Virus record (IMG/VR): IMGVR_UViG_3300025723_000043
Coordinates: 1 to 57,936 of that record
Source: a virus
Taxonomy: Duplodnaviria > Caudoviricetes
Reading direction: 5' to 3' (one strand)
Length of the DNA stretch: 57,936 bases
How positions within the stretch are numbered: position 1 is the first letter of the stretch; each line of letters starts with the position of its first letter. Positions 57,818-57,936 of the stretch are shown piece after piece. The position numbers and the translations under genes were made by a program. Below the pieces are notes generated by a model. The model saw only the letters and a program-made list of their open reading frames with translations, searched no databases and was not told where the DNA came from.

Positions 57818-57936
57818 TGTTGCACCCATTCTTCTTTGTCAATCCATGCATCTAACATGGCATGGAGATTAGCTCTGTTTCGTTCACCAACTGTTTGACC
57901 ATTGCCTGTTTTTACTTTATCTGTAAACAATGATCC
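57814..57936. repeat. Window-end copy of 4649-4771
   Basis: 123 nt, one mismatch. Confidence 0.97.

Larger units (their letters stand above)
4772..57936. mobile_element. Phage B, apparently complete ~53,165 bp circular podovirus-like genome
   Basis: Full set of packaging, head, tail, lysis and replication genes; the end overlaps 4649-4771, and the junction gene reads through on circularisation. Confidence 0.8.

Noticed and set aside
57814-57936. Physical terminal direct repeat of the virion DNA
   Set aside because: The partner copy is internal (4649-4771), falls mid-gene and has an exact 77-nt match, which fits an assembly overlap better.

Overview
The window is entirely tailed-phage DNA, most genes on the - strand. 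It is most likely a podovirus-like phage of a Gram-negative host: P22-like portal and ejection proteins, spanins, no tail tube or tape measure. It appears to hold two phages. (B) Positions ~4772-57936 form a complete ~53.2 kb circularly closable genome: the last 123 nt repeat 4649-4771, and the last 77 nt match exactly. Phage B carries terS/terL, two large multi-module proteins, portal, GroES, scaffold, capsid, adaptors, tail fibres, a GH19 lysin with Rz/Rz1, nozzle, ejection proteins, exonuclease/SSB, a Cro-like regulator, a DUF1376 initiator, RuvC and a TAGT-like glycosyltransferase. (A) Positions 1-~4694 are a fragment of a different phage with its own PBSX-type terminase pair and GroES, joined to B through shared small gene cassettes. 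I saw no integrase, CI repressor, DNA polymerase, tRNA or CRISPR array. The most notable signals are: (1) a recurrent [FMYK]-[AK]-x-G-G-x-V peptide tag that separates effector-like modules (ADP-ribosyltransferase, nuclease-like, beta-barrel-like) in virion-region proteins; (2) an ~85-nt covarying structured RNA present in both phages; (3) a small-gene cassette array with standardised junctions; (4) strong GCWGC and CCWGG avoidance in phage B. All calls come from reading motifs by eye; no database searches were run.
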